From: Alphaproteobacteria bacterium
GTDB taxonomy: Bacteria; Pseudomonadota; Alphaproteobacteria; Caulobacterales; Aquidulcibacteraceae
NCBI GenBank assembly: GCA_003242075.1
Contig: QBMO01000002.1
Span: 32,397 to 89,433, forward strand
DNA: 57,037 nucleotides
Direction: 5' to 3'
Part shown: one piece after another, positions 20,105 to 28,928 of the stretch
How positions within the stretch are numbered: position 1 is the first letter of the stretch
Layout of the letters: every line of letters starts with the position of its first letter
The notes under the pieces: model-generated
What the model saw: only the letters and a program-made list of their open reading frames with translations
Databases searched by the model: none
Told to the model about the DNA's origin: nothing
Translations under genes and position numbers: made by a program

Positions 20105-21061
20105 GTGACCAATTTGAAACCCGCCGATGCGTTGAAGCAACATTGGACCGACCGTCTGCCGGCGGCGTGGAAGCCTTACGCGCAACTCTCGCGGCTCGAC
20201 CGGCCGATCGGGTGGCAACTGATGCTGCTGCCGTGCTGGATGGGGCTGGCGGTGGCGCGCACCGGCTATGGGTTTTACGGCGACGACCTGAAGTTCGCGG
20301 CGCTTTTCCTGATCGGCGCCATCGCCATGCGCGGCGCCGGCTGCACCTATAACGACATCCTCGATCGCGATATCGACGCACAAGTGGAGCGCACGCGGCT
20401 GCGGCCGCTGCCTTCCGGCGCCGTTTCGCTCAGAAGCGCATGGATTTGGCTGTTGGCGCAGTGTTTTGTCGGCTTGTTGGTTTTGTTGGCGCTGCCGCGG
20501 TTGGCGCAGATCACGGCTTTGATCGCGGTGCCGCTGGTGGCGCTTTATCCGTTGATGAAGCGGATCACGTGGTGGCCGCAGGCGTGGTTGGGCATTGTTT
20601 TTTCATGGGGTGCGCTGGTCGGCGGCGCGGCTGTCGCCTACCCGACCGACGGCGCGCCGCTTGAGGGCTTTGCGCTTTATGCCGGCTGCATCGCTTGGGT
20701 CATTGGCTACGACACGATCTATGCGTTGCAAGACCGCGAGGACGATGCACTCGTCGGCGTGCGCTCCACAGCGCGCTTGTTCGCGGACAAATGGCGGCTG
20801 TGGACGACAGTGTTTTACGTGCTCGCAATTGGGCTGTGGGCGACAGCCGGCGCGATTGCGGGCGCTGGGCTTCTGCTCGCGGGTGCGCTCAGCGTCATAG
20901 GCGTCGCGCTGATCTGGCCGATGCTGCAAAGCGTGGACGATAAGAGTCCGGAAACGGCGCTGCGCGCATTCAAACGCAACGCGCTGATCGGCGCGGCGGT
21001 GTTGTTGGCCTTTTCACTCGAACCGATCTGGCGCACGATGCGGCCCTATCTGGGTGTGTGA
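20105..21061 (+). CDS. ubiA: 4-hydroxybenzoate polyprenyltransferase
   Basis: RLDRPIG, GCTYNDILDRDIDAQVERTRLRPL and YDTIYALQDREDD. Confidence 0.96.
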   Translation: MTNLKPADALKQHWTDRLPAAWKPYAQLSRLDRPIGWQLMLLPCWMGLAVARTGYGFYGDDLKFAALFLIGAIAMRGAGCTYNDILDRDIDAQVERTRLRPLPSGAVSLRSAWIWLLAQCFVGLLVLLALPRLAQITALIAVPLVALYPLMKRITWWPQAWLGIVFSWGALVGGAAVAYPTDGAPLEGFALYAGCIAWVIGYDTIYALQDREDDALVGVRSTARLFADKWRLWTTVFYVLAIGLWATAGAIAGAGLLLAGALSVIGVALIWPMLQSVDDKSPETALRAFKRNALIGAAVLLAFSLEPIWRTMRPYLGV

Positions 21062-21720
21062 TGGGCGAAGCCGAGCAGCATCTGAGCACGGTGTGTAAGC
21101 GCTTTGCGCGCGTCGTGAGCGGCCACGAGCCGTACCCGACAACGTTCGAGAAAAAGCGCGATCCTTATCGGGCACTCGTTCGCGCGGTGGTGTTTCAGCA
21201 GCTCTCCGGCAAAGCAGCGGGCACCATCCATGGCCGCTTCATCGCGCTTTATCCGGGCCAGGATCACCCCGAGCCGGAGGACGTGCTCAAAACCTCCACC
21301 GAGGCGCTCCGCGGCGTCGGGCTCTCGCGCCAGAAAATCGCGGCCATCCAGGACATTTCGCAAAAGCGCATCGACGGCATCATTCCCCCCGCTAGAGCGC
21401 TGACAAGGCTGGGCGACGAAGAGATCATCGAACGGCTGACGGCGGCGCGCGGCGTCGGGCGTTGGACGGTCGAGATGTATCTGATGTTCACGCTCGGCCG
21501 GCCCGACGTGCTGCCAATCGATGACCTCGGCGTGCGCAAAGGGGCGGAGAAGCTTTATCGCCGCAGCTTCACGCCAAAGGAGTTGGGCGCCTTTGGCGAA
21601 CGCTGGGCGCCGTACCGCAGCGCCGCCGCCTGGCACCTCTGGCGCATCGCCGACACGCTGACACCGGAGAAGACGGTGAAGAAGGTGGTGCAGACGAAGA
21701 AGGCGGCGAAGCGGAAGTAG
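21061..21720 (+). CDS. DNA-3-methyladenine glycosylase (AlkA/HhH-GPD family)
   Basis: QQLSGKAA, HhH motif RGVGRWTVEM, PDVLPIDDLG and WAPYRS. Confidence 0.93.
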   Translation: MGEAEQHLSTVCKRFARVVSGHEPYPTTFEKKRDPYRALVRAVVFQQLSGKAAGTIHGRFIALYPGQDHPEPEDVLKTSTEALRGVGLSRQKIAAIQDISQKRIDGIIPPARALTRLGDEEIIERLTAARGVGRWTVEMYLMFTLGRPDVLPIDDLGVRKGAEKLYRRSFTPKELGAFGERWAPYRSAAAWHLWRIADTLTPEKTVKKVVQTKKAAKRK

Positions 21721-21727
21721 CTCTCGC

Positions 21728-22078
21728 TCATTGGCTATTGTGAGTCAGCCGAGAATCCGCCGGCGCCTCGTCCCGCTCCGTCATCCCATAATCCCGCACC
21801 ACGTGTGCAATGCGCAGACGATAGTCACGAAACACGCGGGCCCTGCCCTCGCTCTGCGCGCTACGATGTGCGCCAAGTGTGCGCCACTGCGCGATCGCCG
21901 CTTCGTCGCGCCAGAACGAGAGCGAAAGGATACGGCGATCGTTGTTCAGGCTTTGAAAGCGCTCGATCGAGATGAAGCCGTCGATGTCATCGAGCAGCGG
22001 ACGCAATTCAGCAGCGATGCGAAGATAGTCATCGCGCGCGCCATCATGCGGCTCGACTTCGAAGATCACGGCGATCAT
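21728..22078 (-). CDS. Antibiotic biosynthesis monooxygenase (ABM) family protein
   Basis: MIAVIFEV..GFISIERFQS..LSLSFWRDE..H..AQ..GR. Confidence 0.92.
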   Translation of the reverse strand: MIAVIFEVEPHDGARDDYLRIAAELRPLLDDIDGFISIERFQSLNNDRRILSLSFWRDEAAIAQWRTLGAHRSAQSEGRARVFRDYRLRIAHVVRDYGMTERDEAPADSRLTHNSQ

Positions 22079-22380
22079 CGCGACGCCAATTTCAGAAACG
22101 TGCGATCCTCGCGCAGGATGAAGCGCTCGCGCTTGGCAAACTCGTAATTCTCGCGGCCTGCGGAATCTGCGGCCAGACGGGCGCGATAGGCTTCGTATGC
22201 CGCGAGATTCTCGATGTTGTACACGCCGTACGCCAACGTCGCCGAGCCCTCGTGCGGCACGAAATAACCGATCAGATCGGCGCCGCAACGGGGAATGGCT
22301 TCACCCCAAACACGCGCATATTGCTCGAATTCCGCACGTTTGAACGGATCGATCTCGTAACGAATGAAACAGGTCAACAT
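22075..22380 (-). CDS. NIPSNAP family protein
   Basis: MLTCFIRYEIDP..LIGYFVPHEG..LAAYEAYR..ILREDRTFL; ATGA overlap with the ABM gene. Confidence 0.9.
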   Translation of the reverse strand: MLTCFIRYEIDPFKRAEFEQYARVWGEAIPRCGADLIGYFVPHEGSATLAYGVYNIENLAAYEAYRARLAADSAGRENYEFAKRERFILREDRTFLKLASR

Positions 22381-22455
22381 TTGTAAGCGCTCCGGCTGAT
22401 GAGACCTCTTGATTAGCCGGTCCCGGCGCCCACATGGTACGACTAGCATCGAACT

Positions 22456-23163
22456 ATGGAGCCTGCGTTGCGCGAAGGCCCTAACATCGCAGCAATCGCA
22501 GCCATGGTTGGCGACCCAGCGCGCGCCAACATGCTGACGGCGTTGCTCAACGGCGAAGCGCTCACCGCGACCGAGCTTGCGCTGGAAGCCGGCGTCACCA
22601 AACAGACGGCGAGTTCGCACTTGGGCAAACTCGAAGTCGCAGGTCTCGTCGCCGTCGAGGCGCAAGGGCGGCATCGCTATTATCGCTTGGCTGACGCCGA
22701 TGTTGCGGGCTTGCTCGAAACCTTGATGGGTGTGGCCGCGCGCGCCAAAGCGCTGCGCACGCGCACTGGCCCGAAAGAGCCAGCGTTGCGGCACGCGCGT
22801 CTGTGCTACGATCATCTCGCCGGCGATCTGGGCGTCGCGCTGTTCGACGCGTTTATCAAAAACAAGTGGATGACGCCCGGGCCCGAGAAGACATTCGCGC
22901 TGACGCGCTTGGGACGCGTGAAGGTCGACACCTTCATTCGCGGCCTCGGCGACATCGAAGCGGGCGCGCGACCGCTCTGCCGCGCCTGCCTCGATTGGAG
23001 CGTGCGCCGCCACCATCTCGCCGGCGCACTAGGCGCGGCAATCCTCGACGAAGTGATGGAGCGCGGCTGGGCGGCGCAGCGCGGAACCAGCCGCATCCTC
23101 GATTTCACCCGCAGCGGCGAGGCCGGGCTGCAGCGCACGTTCATGTTCACATTGGGCGCGTGA
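22456..23163 (+). CDS. ArsR/SmtB family transcriptional regulator
   Basis: DPARANML..ATELA..TASSHLGKL..QGRHRYY; C-terminal CYDHLAG and CLDWSVRRHHLAG. Confidence 0.93.
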   Translation: MEPALREGPNIAAIAAMVGDPARANMLTALLNGEALTATELALEAGVTKQTASSHLGKLEVAGLVAVEAQGRHRYYRLADADVAGLLETLMGVAARAKALRTRTGPKEPALRHARLCYDHLAGDLGVALFDAFIKNKWMTPGPEKTFALTRLGRVKVDTFIRGLGDIEAGARPLCRACLDWSVRRHHLAGALGAAILDEVMERGWAAQRGTSRILDFTRSGEAGLQRTFMFTLGA

Positions 23164-23186
23164 GCGGAGCGTGCTAAGCTTGACGC

Positions 23187-24113
23187 ATGCCGGCTGTTGC
23201 GCGCATCGACCCGAAAGACGTGTTCACGCCTGAGGAATGGGCGAGGCTTTCGGCGCGCTCATCGTGGCGCGGGCTGGCGCTGGTGGCGAGCGCTTGGGCG
23301 CTCATCTTCGGGGCTGGCGCGATGTTCGTGCTGTGGCCCAATCCGCTGACCTACGCGCTGGCCGTCATGCTGATCGGCGCGCGGCAATTGGGACTGGCGA
23401 TCCTCATGCATGACGCGGCGCATGGCGGGCTGCACCCCAATACGGCGGTGAACAATTGGGTCGGCGAATGGCTCTGCGCAGCGCCCGTGGGCGGGCGGCT
23501 GGAGAGCTATCGCGCTTATCATTTGAAGCACCACCGTTTCACCGAACAGCCGGAAGATCCCGACCTTGCGCTCTCGGCGCCCTTTCCGATCACGCGCGGT
23601 TCGCTCTGGCGCAAGATCGTGCGCGATCTCACCGGGCAGACGTTCCTGAAGCAACGCACGGCGCAACTCTTCGGCGGACGTAAAGACGGCGAAGTCGTCA
23701 ATGCCAACACGACGCATTTTCTGATCGTCAACGCACTGCTGCTCGCCGGCCTGACGGCGGCGGGCTATTGGTGGGCGTACTTCGCGCTCTGGATCGTACC
23801 GATGGCGACATGGCTGCCATTGGTCACGCGCTTGCGCAACATTGCCGAGCACGCCTGCGTGAACACGCGCGCCGATCCGTTCACCCATGCGCGCACGACA
23901 TTGGCCAACATATTCGAGCGCCTCTTCATCGCACCGTTCTGGGTGCACTATCACGCCGAGCACCACGTCTTCATGCACGTGCCCTGTTATCGCCTGCCGC
24001 GCCTGCATGCGCTGCTGATGGACAAAGGCTACTGGTCGCGCATGCAGATCGCGCCCGGCTATTTCAGCGTGTTGCGCGAAGCGACGAGCAAGCCAGCGGC
24101 CGTCGCCGCTTGA
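23187..24113 (+). CDS. Fatty acid desaturase family protein
   Basis: Three His boxes: HDAAH, HLKHH and HAEHH. Confidence 0.92.
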   Translation: MPAVARIDPKDVFTPEEWARLSARSSWRGLALVASAWALIFGAGAMFVLWPNPLTYALAVMLIGARQLGLAILMHDAAHGGLHPNTAVNNWVGEWLCAAPVGGRLESYRAYHLKHHRFTEQPEDPDLALSAPFPITRGSLWRKIVRDLTGQTFLKQRTAQLFGGRKDGEVVNANTTHFLIVNALLLAGLTAAGYWWAYFALWIVPMATWLPLVTRLRNIAEHACVNTRADPFTHARTTLANIFERLFIAPFWVHYHAEHHVFMHVPCYRLPRLHALLMDKGYWSRMQIAPGYFSVLREATSKPAAVAA

Positions 24114-24754
24114 TCGCCGACGTCCCCGCCTTCATTCGCGAGAACACGCGCGTTATCGCGCCGAGCCACGTGCCGGAGCTTCAGCTTTATCTCGCCGACG
24201 ACGCCGTGAGTTTGTGGCAGCTGACAGAAGAGCAATTGGGCGAACTCGGTTTGCCGCCGCCGTTTTGGGCGTTCGCTTGGGCGGGTGGGCAGGCTTTGGC
24301 GCGCTATGTGCTCGACAACCTAAATATCATACGCGGGCGCAGCGTGCTCGATGTTGCGTCAGGCTCGGGCTTGGTCGCGATCGCAGCGATGAAGGCGGGC
24401 GCGGCGTCGGCGCTGGCTGTCGACATCGATGCGTTCGCAGCGCACGCAGCGGCGCTGAACGCAGCGCTCAATAATGTGTGCGTGGAAACCAGCGACGCCG
24501 ATCCTGTCGGTCAGCCGACCGACGCCGAGATCATTCTGGTCGGCGATCTCTTCTACGATCGCGATCTGGCCCCGCGCGTGCTCGACTGGCTGATCGCGCA
24601 GCAAGCGCAAGGCAAGACCGTGCTGATCGGCGATCCGGGGCGGACGTATCTACCGCGCGACAAGCTCGAACAGATCGCGGCCTACGATATTCCGGTGACG
24701 CGCGCGCTTGAGGATGCGGAGATCAAGCGCGCGGCGGTGTGGCGGCTAAAGTAG
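24110..24754 (+). CDS. Class I SAM-dependent methyltransferase (protein lysine MTase-like)
   Basis: PPPFWAFAWAGGQALARY, VLDVASGSG, GDLFY and GDPGR; TTG start overlaps the desaturase stop. Confidence 0.9.
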   Translation: MIADVPAFIRENTRVIAPSHVPELQLYLADDAVSLWQLTEEQLGELGLPPPFWAFAWAGGQALARYVLDNLNIIRGRSVLDVASGSGLVAIAAMKAGAASALAVDIDAFAAHAAALNAALNNVCVETSDADPVGQPTDAEIILVGDLFYDRDLAPRVLDWLIAQQAQGKTVLIGDPGRTYLPRDKLEQIAAYDIPVTRALEDAEIKRAAVWRLK

Positions 24755-24757
24755 CCG

Positions 24758-25258
24758 TCACTCCATCGGGCAAACCAACGCGCGCTCTTGTTCATCCGTC
24801 TCACGCGTGCGGGCGTCTTCGCAGACGGCGGTCCACAGGCGCTGGGTTTCGACGCCGACAGCGTCTGCGCGGGTTTGGATTTCTTCCATGGTTGGCGCTG
24901 CGTCAGCCGGTTCGGCGATCCAGACCGGCTCGTAAGCTGGGCCACAGGCGACTTCGGTGAAGAGGCCACGCGCGCACAGGCGCGAGCGGGTGATGTTGTA
25001 CTGCCAGACCGTCTCGCGCAGTTCGCGCGCCAATTCGCGCGGGTGATTGTCATCGACGGGGCCGGCGCCCGGGCGATCGGCGGTGAGCGAATTCACTTGG
25101 CCGAGCATCACATCGTAGCGGCCGATCTCGACCTGCAGATCGAACTCCCGCGCCGCCTGCGAGGCCGGCGTGTCGGAACCAGCGGGGTTTTGCTGTTGTC
25201 CACAGGCGGCCAGAGAGCCAGCCAGGGCGACGGCCAAAATGAGCGCGCGAATTTTCAT
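24758..25258 (-). CDS. Hypothetical lipoprotein
   Basis: Lipobox LAAC; SD GGAGGA; four further Cys. Confidence 0.8.
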   Translation of the reverse strand: MKIRALILAVALAGSLAACGQQQNPAGSDTPASQAAREFDLQVEIGRYDVMLGQVNSLTADRPGAGPVDDNHPRELARELRETVWQYNITRSRLCARGLFTEVACGPAYEPVWIAEPADAAPTMEEIQTRADAVGVETQRLWTAVCEDARTRETDEQERALVCPME

Positions 25259-25327
25259 CGTGAGTCCTCCGCCGCCTTCATAGCGGCGCGGACGCGCGCG
25301 GTCGTTGTGTTTTTCGTAAGGTTCCGC

Positions 25328-25504
25328 TCAGTGCTCGGTATGAGGCGACATGGCGTTGTAGCCGGCGGCGAAGTCGTAGTCGCCGCCATCGCGCGCTCTG
25401 CGCACGAGCGTTCTCGCGGCAACTACGAGGCCCATGCCTGCAGCTACCGCGATCATCGCCCATGCGACGACGCTCAAGAGCTCAGCGTCGATCAAACCAC
25501 CCAT
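25328..25504 (-). CDS. Small single-TM hypothetical protein, 58 aa
   Basis: Manual translation MGGLIDAELLSVVAWAMIAVAAGMGLVVAARTLVRRARDGGDYDFAAGYNAMSPHTEH; hydrophobic helix then a basic cluster. Confidence 0.55.
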   Translation of the reverse strand: MGGLIDAELLSVVAWAMIAVAAGMGLVVAARTLVRRARDGGDYDFAAGYNAMSPHTEH

Positions 25505-25637
25505 CCCGTTGCCTTCGAGGCATCTTGTTGATGACGACTATGACGCCGCGCGGTGAACAGGCGGTTTCCGAAAGCAAAACAAAACGTTGAAATGCAGAAG
25601 AGCGCAGGCATAGAGCAGTGGAGCGAGGGAGAGCCGA

Positions 25638-26042
25638 ATGCTGCGACTGGAAATTGCCGCGCTCTATGCGGGCGTGAACATTCTCATTCTGCTGGTGCTG
25701 GCAGTGCTGGTGGTGGCGGGCCGGCGCAAGCACAAGATATCGCTTGGCGACGCCGGAAATGAGGATTTCTCACGCGCCGTGCGGGCGCACGGCAACGCCG
25801 CCGAATACATCCCCGCGGGCCTCGTCGGCATCTTGATCCTGGCTCTGATGGAGCCGGCCGCCCCGCTCTGGCTGCTGCATGCCGGCGGACTTTCTTTGAC
25901 GGCTGGCAGAATTTTACATGGCGTCGGCCTCCACACCGGCGTTCTGAATGCCGGGCGGATGATCGGCATGGTGCTGACCTGGCTGTCTTTCGCCCTGATC
26001 GGCGGCGGCCTCCTCTATGCCGGGCTCAGCCAGCAGCTTTGA
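25638..26042 (+). CDS. MAPEG family membrane protein
   Basis: RRKHKISLGD..RAHGNAAEYIP..GRILH. Confidence 0.93.
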   Translation: MLRLEIAALYAGVNILILLVLAVLVVAGRRKHKISLGDAGNEDFSRAVRAHGNAAEYIPAGLVGILILALMEPAAPLWLLHAGGLSLTAGRILHGVGLHTGVLNAGRMIGMVLTWLSFALIGGGLLYAGLSQQL

Positions 26043-26102
26043 GTAACAGGCTACCGCAGCTCAGCGATTGCCCTCGGGGGCCCGCAAGCCCATGTTCGGC
26101 CC

Positions 26103-27449
26103 ATGGCTTTCGACTCTGATTCACACGCCGCGCTTGCGGCCCTAATCGATTACGCGAAACAAGCCGGGGCCGATGGCTCCGAGGCGTCGCTGGCTTCCCG
26201 GGAGAGCATTTCAGCCGAAGTCCGCCTGGGCGAGCTTGAAGGCATGGAGCGTGAGGAAGGCCGTTCGGTCGCGCTGCGGGCCTTTATCGGCAAGCGCCAA
26301 GCGGCGGCCTCCTCCACCGACCTTTCGTCCAAGGGCCTGAAGGCGCTGGCAGAGCGCACCGTCGCGATGGCCAAGGCCGCGCCCGAGGACAAATTCTGCG
26401 GCCTGCTCGACGCGCGCTATCGCGCCACCGGCGCTGCACCCGATCTCGAACAATCCGACACCGCCCGCCCGAGCCCTGAAGAACTGCTCGATTTAGCGAA
26501 ACGCTGCGAAGCGGCCTCGCTGGTCATTCCTGGCATCGCCAATTCTGGCGGCGCCGGCGCGTCGTTCGAGAACTCCTACTTCGTCTACGCCACCTCGGAC
26601 GGCTTCGAAGGCGCCGAGAGCGGCACCTCCTACAGCCTCGGCACGCAGCCGGTGGCGGAGAAAGACGACGAGATGGAGCGCGACTATGAGTGGCGTACCA
26701 AACGCTTCTTTGCCGACCTGCCTTCCGCCGAAGAGATCGGCCGGCTCGCGGGCGAGCGCACCGCAAAGCGCCTCGGCGCGCGCAAGGTCGCCAGCCAAAA
26801 GGCCACGGTGATTTTCGAGAACCGGCTCGCGGGGCGGATCATCTCGCCGCTTTTTTCCGGCATTTCCGGCACAGCGGTCGCGCGCGGGGTTTCGTTCTTG
26901 AAGGACAAGCTCGGCCAGCGCGTGTTCGCGCCCGACTTCGAGGTGCGCGAAGATCCGTTCGTGAAGCGCGGCATGGGCAGCCGTTGGTTCGATGGTGAAG
27001 GCGGCGCCGTAAAGCCGATGACATTGGTCGAAGACGGCGTGATCACGACGTGGCTTTTGAATGCCTCCGCCGCGCGCCAACTCGGGCTGGAGCCGAACGG
27101 CCACGCCACCGCTGGCCATGGCGGCCCGCCCGGCATTGGCTCGGCTAATATGTTCGTGAAGCCCGGCGAGCATGATCTCGCTGCTTCGATGCAGAACGCC
27201 GGCAAAGGCCTCTTCATCACCGACATGTTCTCGCCCTCGCTCAACATGAATACGGGCGACTGGTCCGTCGGTGTGGCGGGCTATTGGTTCGAGAGCGGCG
27301 AGATCGCCCATCCGGTGAGCGAAGTCACGGTGGCGGGCAATCTCTTGGATATTTTCGCGCGTCTCCGCTGCGGCTCGGACGTCGACAAACGCGGTTCGCT
27401 CGAAATCGCCAGCTTGATTGTGGATGATCTTGCAATCGGCGGCGTCTGA
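26103..27449 (+). CDS. pmbA: TldE/PmbA family protein
   Basis: VRLGELE, SFLKDKLGQ, RWFDGEG and VSEVTVAGNL; no HExxxH motif. Confidence 0.93.
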   Translation: MAFDSDSHAALAALIDYAKQAGADGSEASLASRESISAEVRLGELEGMEREEGRSVALRAFIGKRQAAASSTDLSSKGLKALAERTVAMAKAAPEDKFCGLLDARYRATGAAPDLEQSDTARPSPEELLDLAKRCEAASLVIPGIANSGGAGASFENSYFVYATSDGFEGAESGTSYSLGTQPVAEKDDEMERDYEWRTKRFFADLPSAEEIGRLAGERTAKRLGARKVASQKATVIFENRLAGRIISPLFSGISGTAVARGVSFLKDKLGQRVFAPDFEVREDPFVKRGMGSRWFDGEGGAVKPMTLVEDGVITTWLLNASAARQLGLEPNGHATAGHGGPPGIGSANMFVKPGEHDLAASMQNAGKGLFITDMFSPSLNMNTGDWSVGVAGYWFESGEIAHPVSEVTVAGNLLDIFARLRCGSDVDKRGSLEIASLIVDDLAIGGV

Positions 27450-28242
27450 ACTCGCATTACTTGAGGCCGCCGCGCGCGAAGCCGGAGCGCTAGCGCGAAC
27501 GCTCAACGCCAAGCCGTTGGAGGTTCAGTCCAAGGGCGCGCTAGGGCCGGTGACCAATATCGATCTCGCCGTCGATGCGCTGCTGACGGAGCGTTTGCTC
27601 GGCGCGCGGCCCGACTATGGCTGGCTCTCCGAAGAAGCGCCCGACGACACGACGCGCCGCATCGGCAAAGCGCGCACCTTTATGCTCGATCCGATCGACG
27701 GCACCCAGGCGCTCGTCAACGGCATTCCACAATGGACGATCTCGATCGGCATCGTCGAAGGCGAGCGCGCCTTTGCCGGCGTGATCTACAATCCCATGAC
27801 TGACGAACTCTTCCTCGGCGCGCTTGGCGAAACAGCGACGCTCAACGGCAAGCCGATGTGGACCACCGAGCGCGCCGCGCTTGAAGGCGCGCGCATGTTT
27901 GCGCCAGGTGGCCGGTTCAAGGAGAAGCGCTGGCCGACGCCGTGGCCGCACCTGGAAATCGTGCAGCGCCACTCGATCGCCTATCGCATGGCCTCGGTGG
28001 CGGCCGGATATGGCGACGCCACGCTGCTGTTCGGCTACAAGAACGAGTGGGACATAGCCGCCGGCGCGGCGATCATCGCCTCCGCTGGCGGCATCGTCTC
28101 CGATCTCTGGGGCGAGCCTTTGACGTTCAACCAGCCCATTCCGCGCGCGCCTGGGGTGGCGGCGTCTGGCGCGGCGCTCCACCCTTTGCTAATCGAACGC
28201 ACCAAAGCGTATCCCGATCCGCGCACGAAGGATGGTGCATGA
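27418..28242 (+). CDS. cysQ: Inositol monophosphatase / CysQ family protein (start uncertain)
   Basis: WLSEE, LDPIDGT and EWDIAAG motifs. Confidence 0.88.
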   Translation: MWMILQSAASELALLEAAAREAGALARTLNAKPLEVQSKGALGPVTNIDLAVDALLTERLLGARPDYGWLSEEAPDDTTRRIGKARTFMLDPIDGTQALVNGIPQWTISIGIVEGERAFAGVIYNPMTDELFLGALGETATLNGKPMWTTERAALEGARMFAPGGRFKEKRWPTPWPHLEIVQRHSIAYRMASVAAGYGDATLLFGYKNEWDIAAGAAIIASAGGIVSDLWGEPLTFNQPIPRAPGVAASGAALHPLLIERTKAYPDPRTKDGA

Positions 28243-28682
28243 TGAGCGAGATGGGCATTTCCAACTTGCTACAATTCGCCGTGCAGCAGACGCTCGGCAA
28301 TTTCGATCTCGTTGCACGTGGCAATTATCGAGCTCCGAAAGATCGCGATTTGCACCTGAGCACTACCGCGACGATCGATATTTGGGGGCATCAAAAGACG
28401 ACACTCGTAGCGATCTACCCCGACGCGTTTTTAGAACAGCAAGCCGCGTTCGGGAGCGCCGTCATCTTCCCAAACGGCGCCAAGCAGCCAAGCAGCTTAG
28501 ACGTGGGCATATCAGATCACCAATGGACGGCGTTATTGCAGTGTCGCTGGAGCCGACCACAGACGATACTGGAGTTGAACTTGGTCACTGGCACAGACCA
28601 TCCCCCGGATGATATCGTTCCCAGTCAATACTGGATAAAGATGTTCACACTGACTCTTCTGGAGCCGGGGCGCGCGAAATGA
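28239..28682 (+). CDS. Hypothetical protein with lower GC
   Basis: 147-aa ORF filling the gap, with ATGA overlaps at both ends; two sampled 60-mers are 52% and 55% GC. Confidence 0.7.
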   Translation: MMSEMGISNLLQFAVQQTLGNFDLVARGNYRAPKDRDLHLSTTATIDIWGHQKTTLVAIYPDAFLEQQAAFGSAVIFPNGAKQPSSLDVGISDHQWTALLQCRWSRPQTILELNLVTGTDHPPDDIVPSQYWIKMFTLTLLEPGRAK

Positions 28683-28921
28683 GTGAGCAGAGACAACTTC
28701 TCCACCTCGTCATCGGCGGCGAACTGAAAGATCTCGACCGGCCTGAGTTCATCGATCTCAGCGCTGTCGATTTTGTCGGCGCCTATCCGAACTACCGCGC
28801 CGCCTACGACGCCTGGAAAGGCGCAGCCCAGCGCACCGTCGATAACGCACGCATGCGCTATTTCATCATCCACGCCCATCGCCTGCTCGATCCCGGGACC
28901 GATCCCGAGGGCGAGATGTGA
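28679..28921 (+). CDS. DUF4170 family protein
   Basis: QLLHLVIGGEL..VGAYPNY..AQRTVDNARMRYFIIHAHRLLDP. Confidence 0.9.
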   Translation: MSEQRQLLHLVIGGELKDLDRPEFIDLSAVDFVGAYPNYRAAYDAWKGAAQRTVDNARMRYFIIHAHRLLDPGTDPEGEM

Positions 28922-28928
28922 CGGACGC

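Noticed and set aside
7181-27449. tldD and pmbA in the same window as evidence of a RiPP cluster
   Set aside because: Both are widespread housekeeping genes 17 kb apart; no YcaO, radical SAM or lanthipeptide enzymes are present
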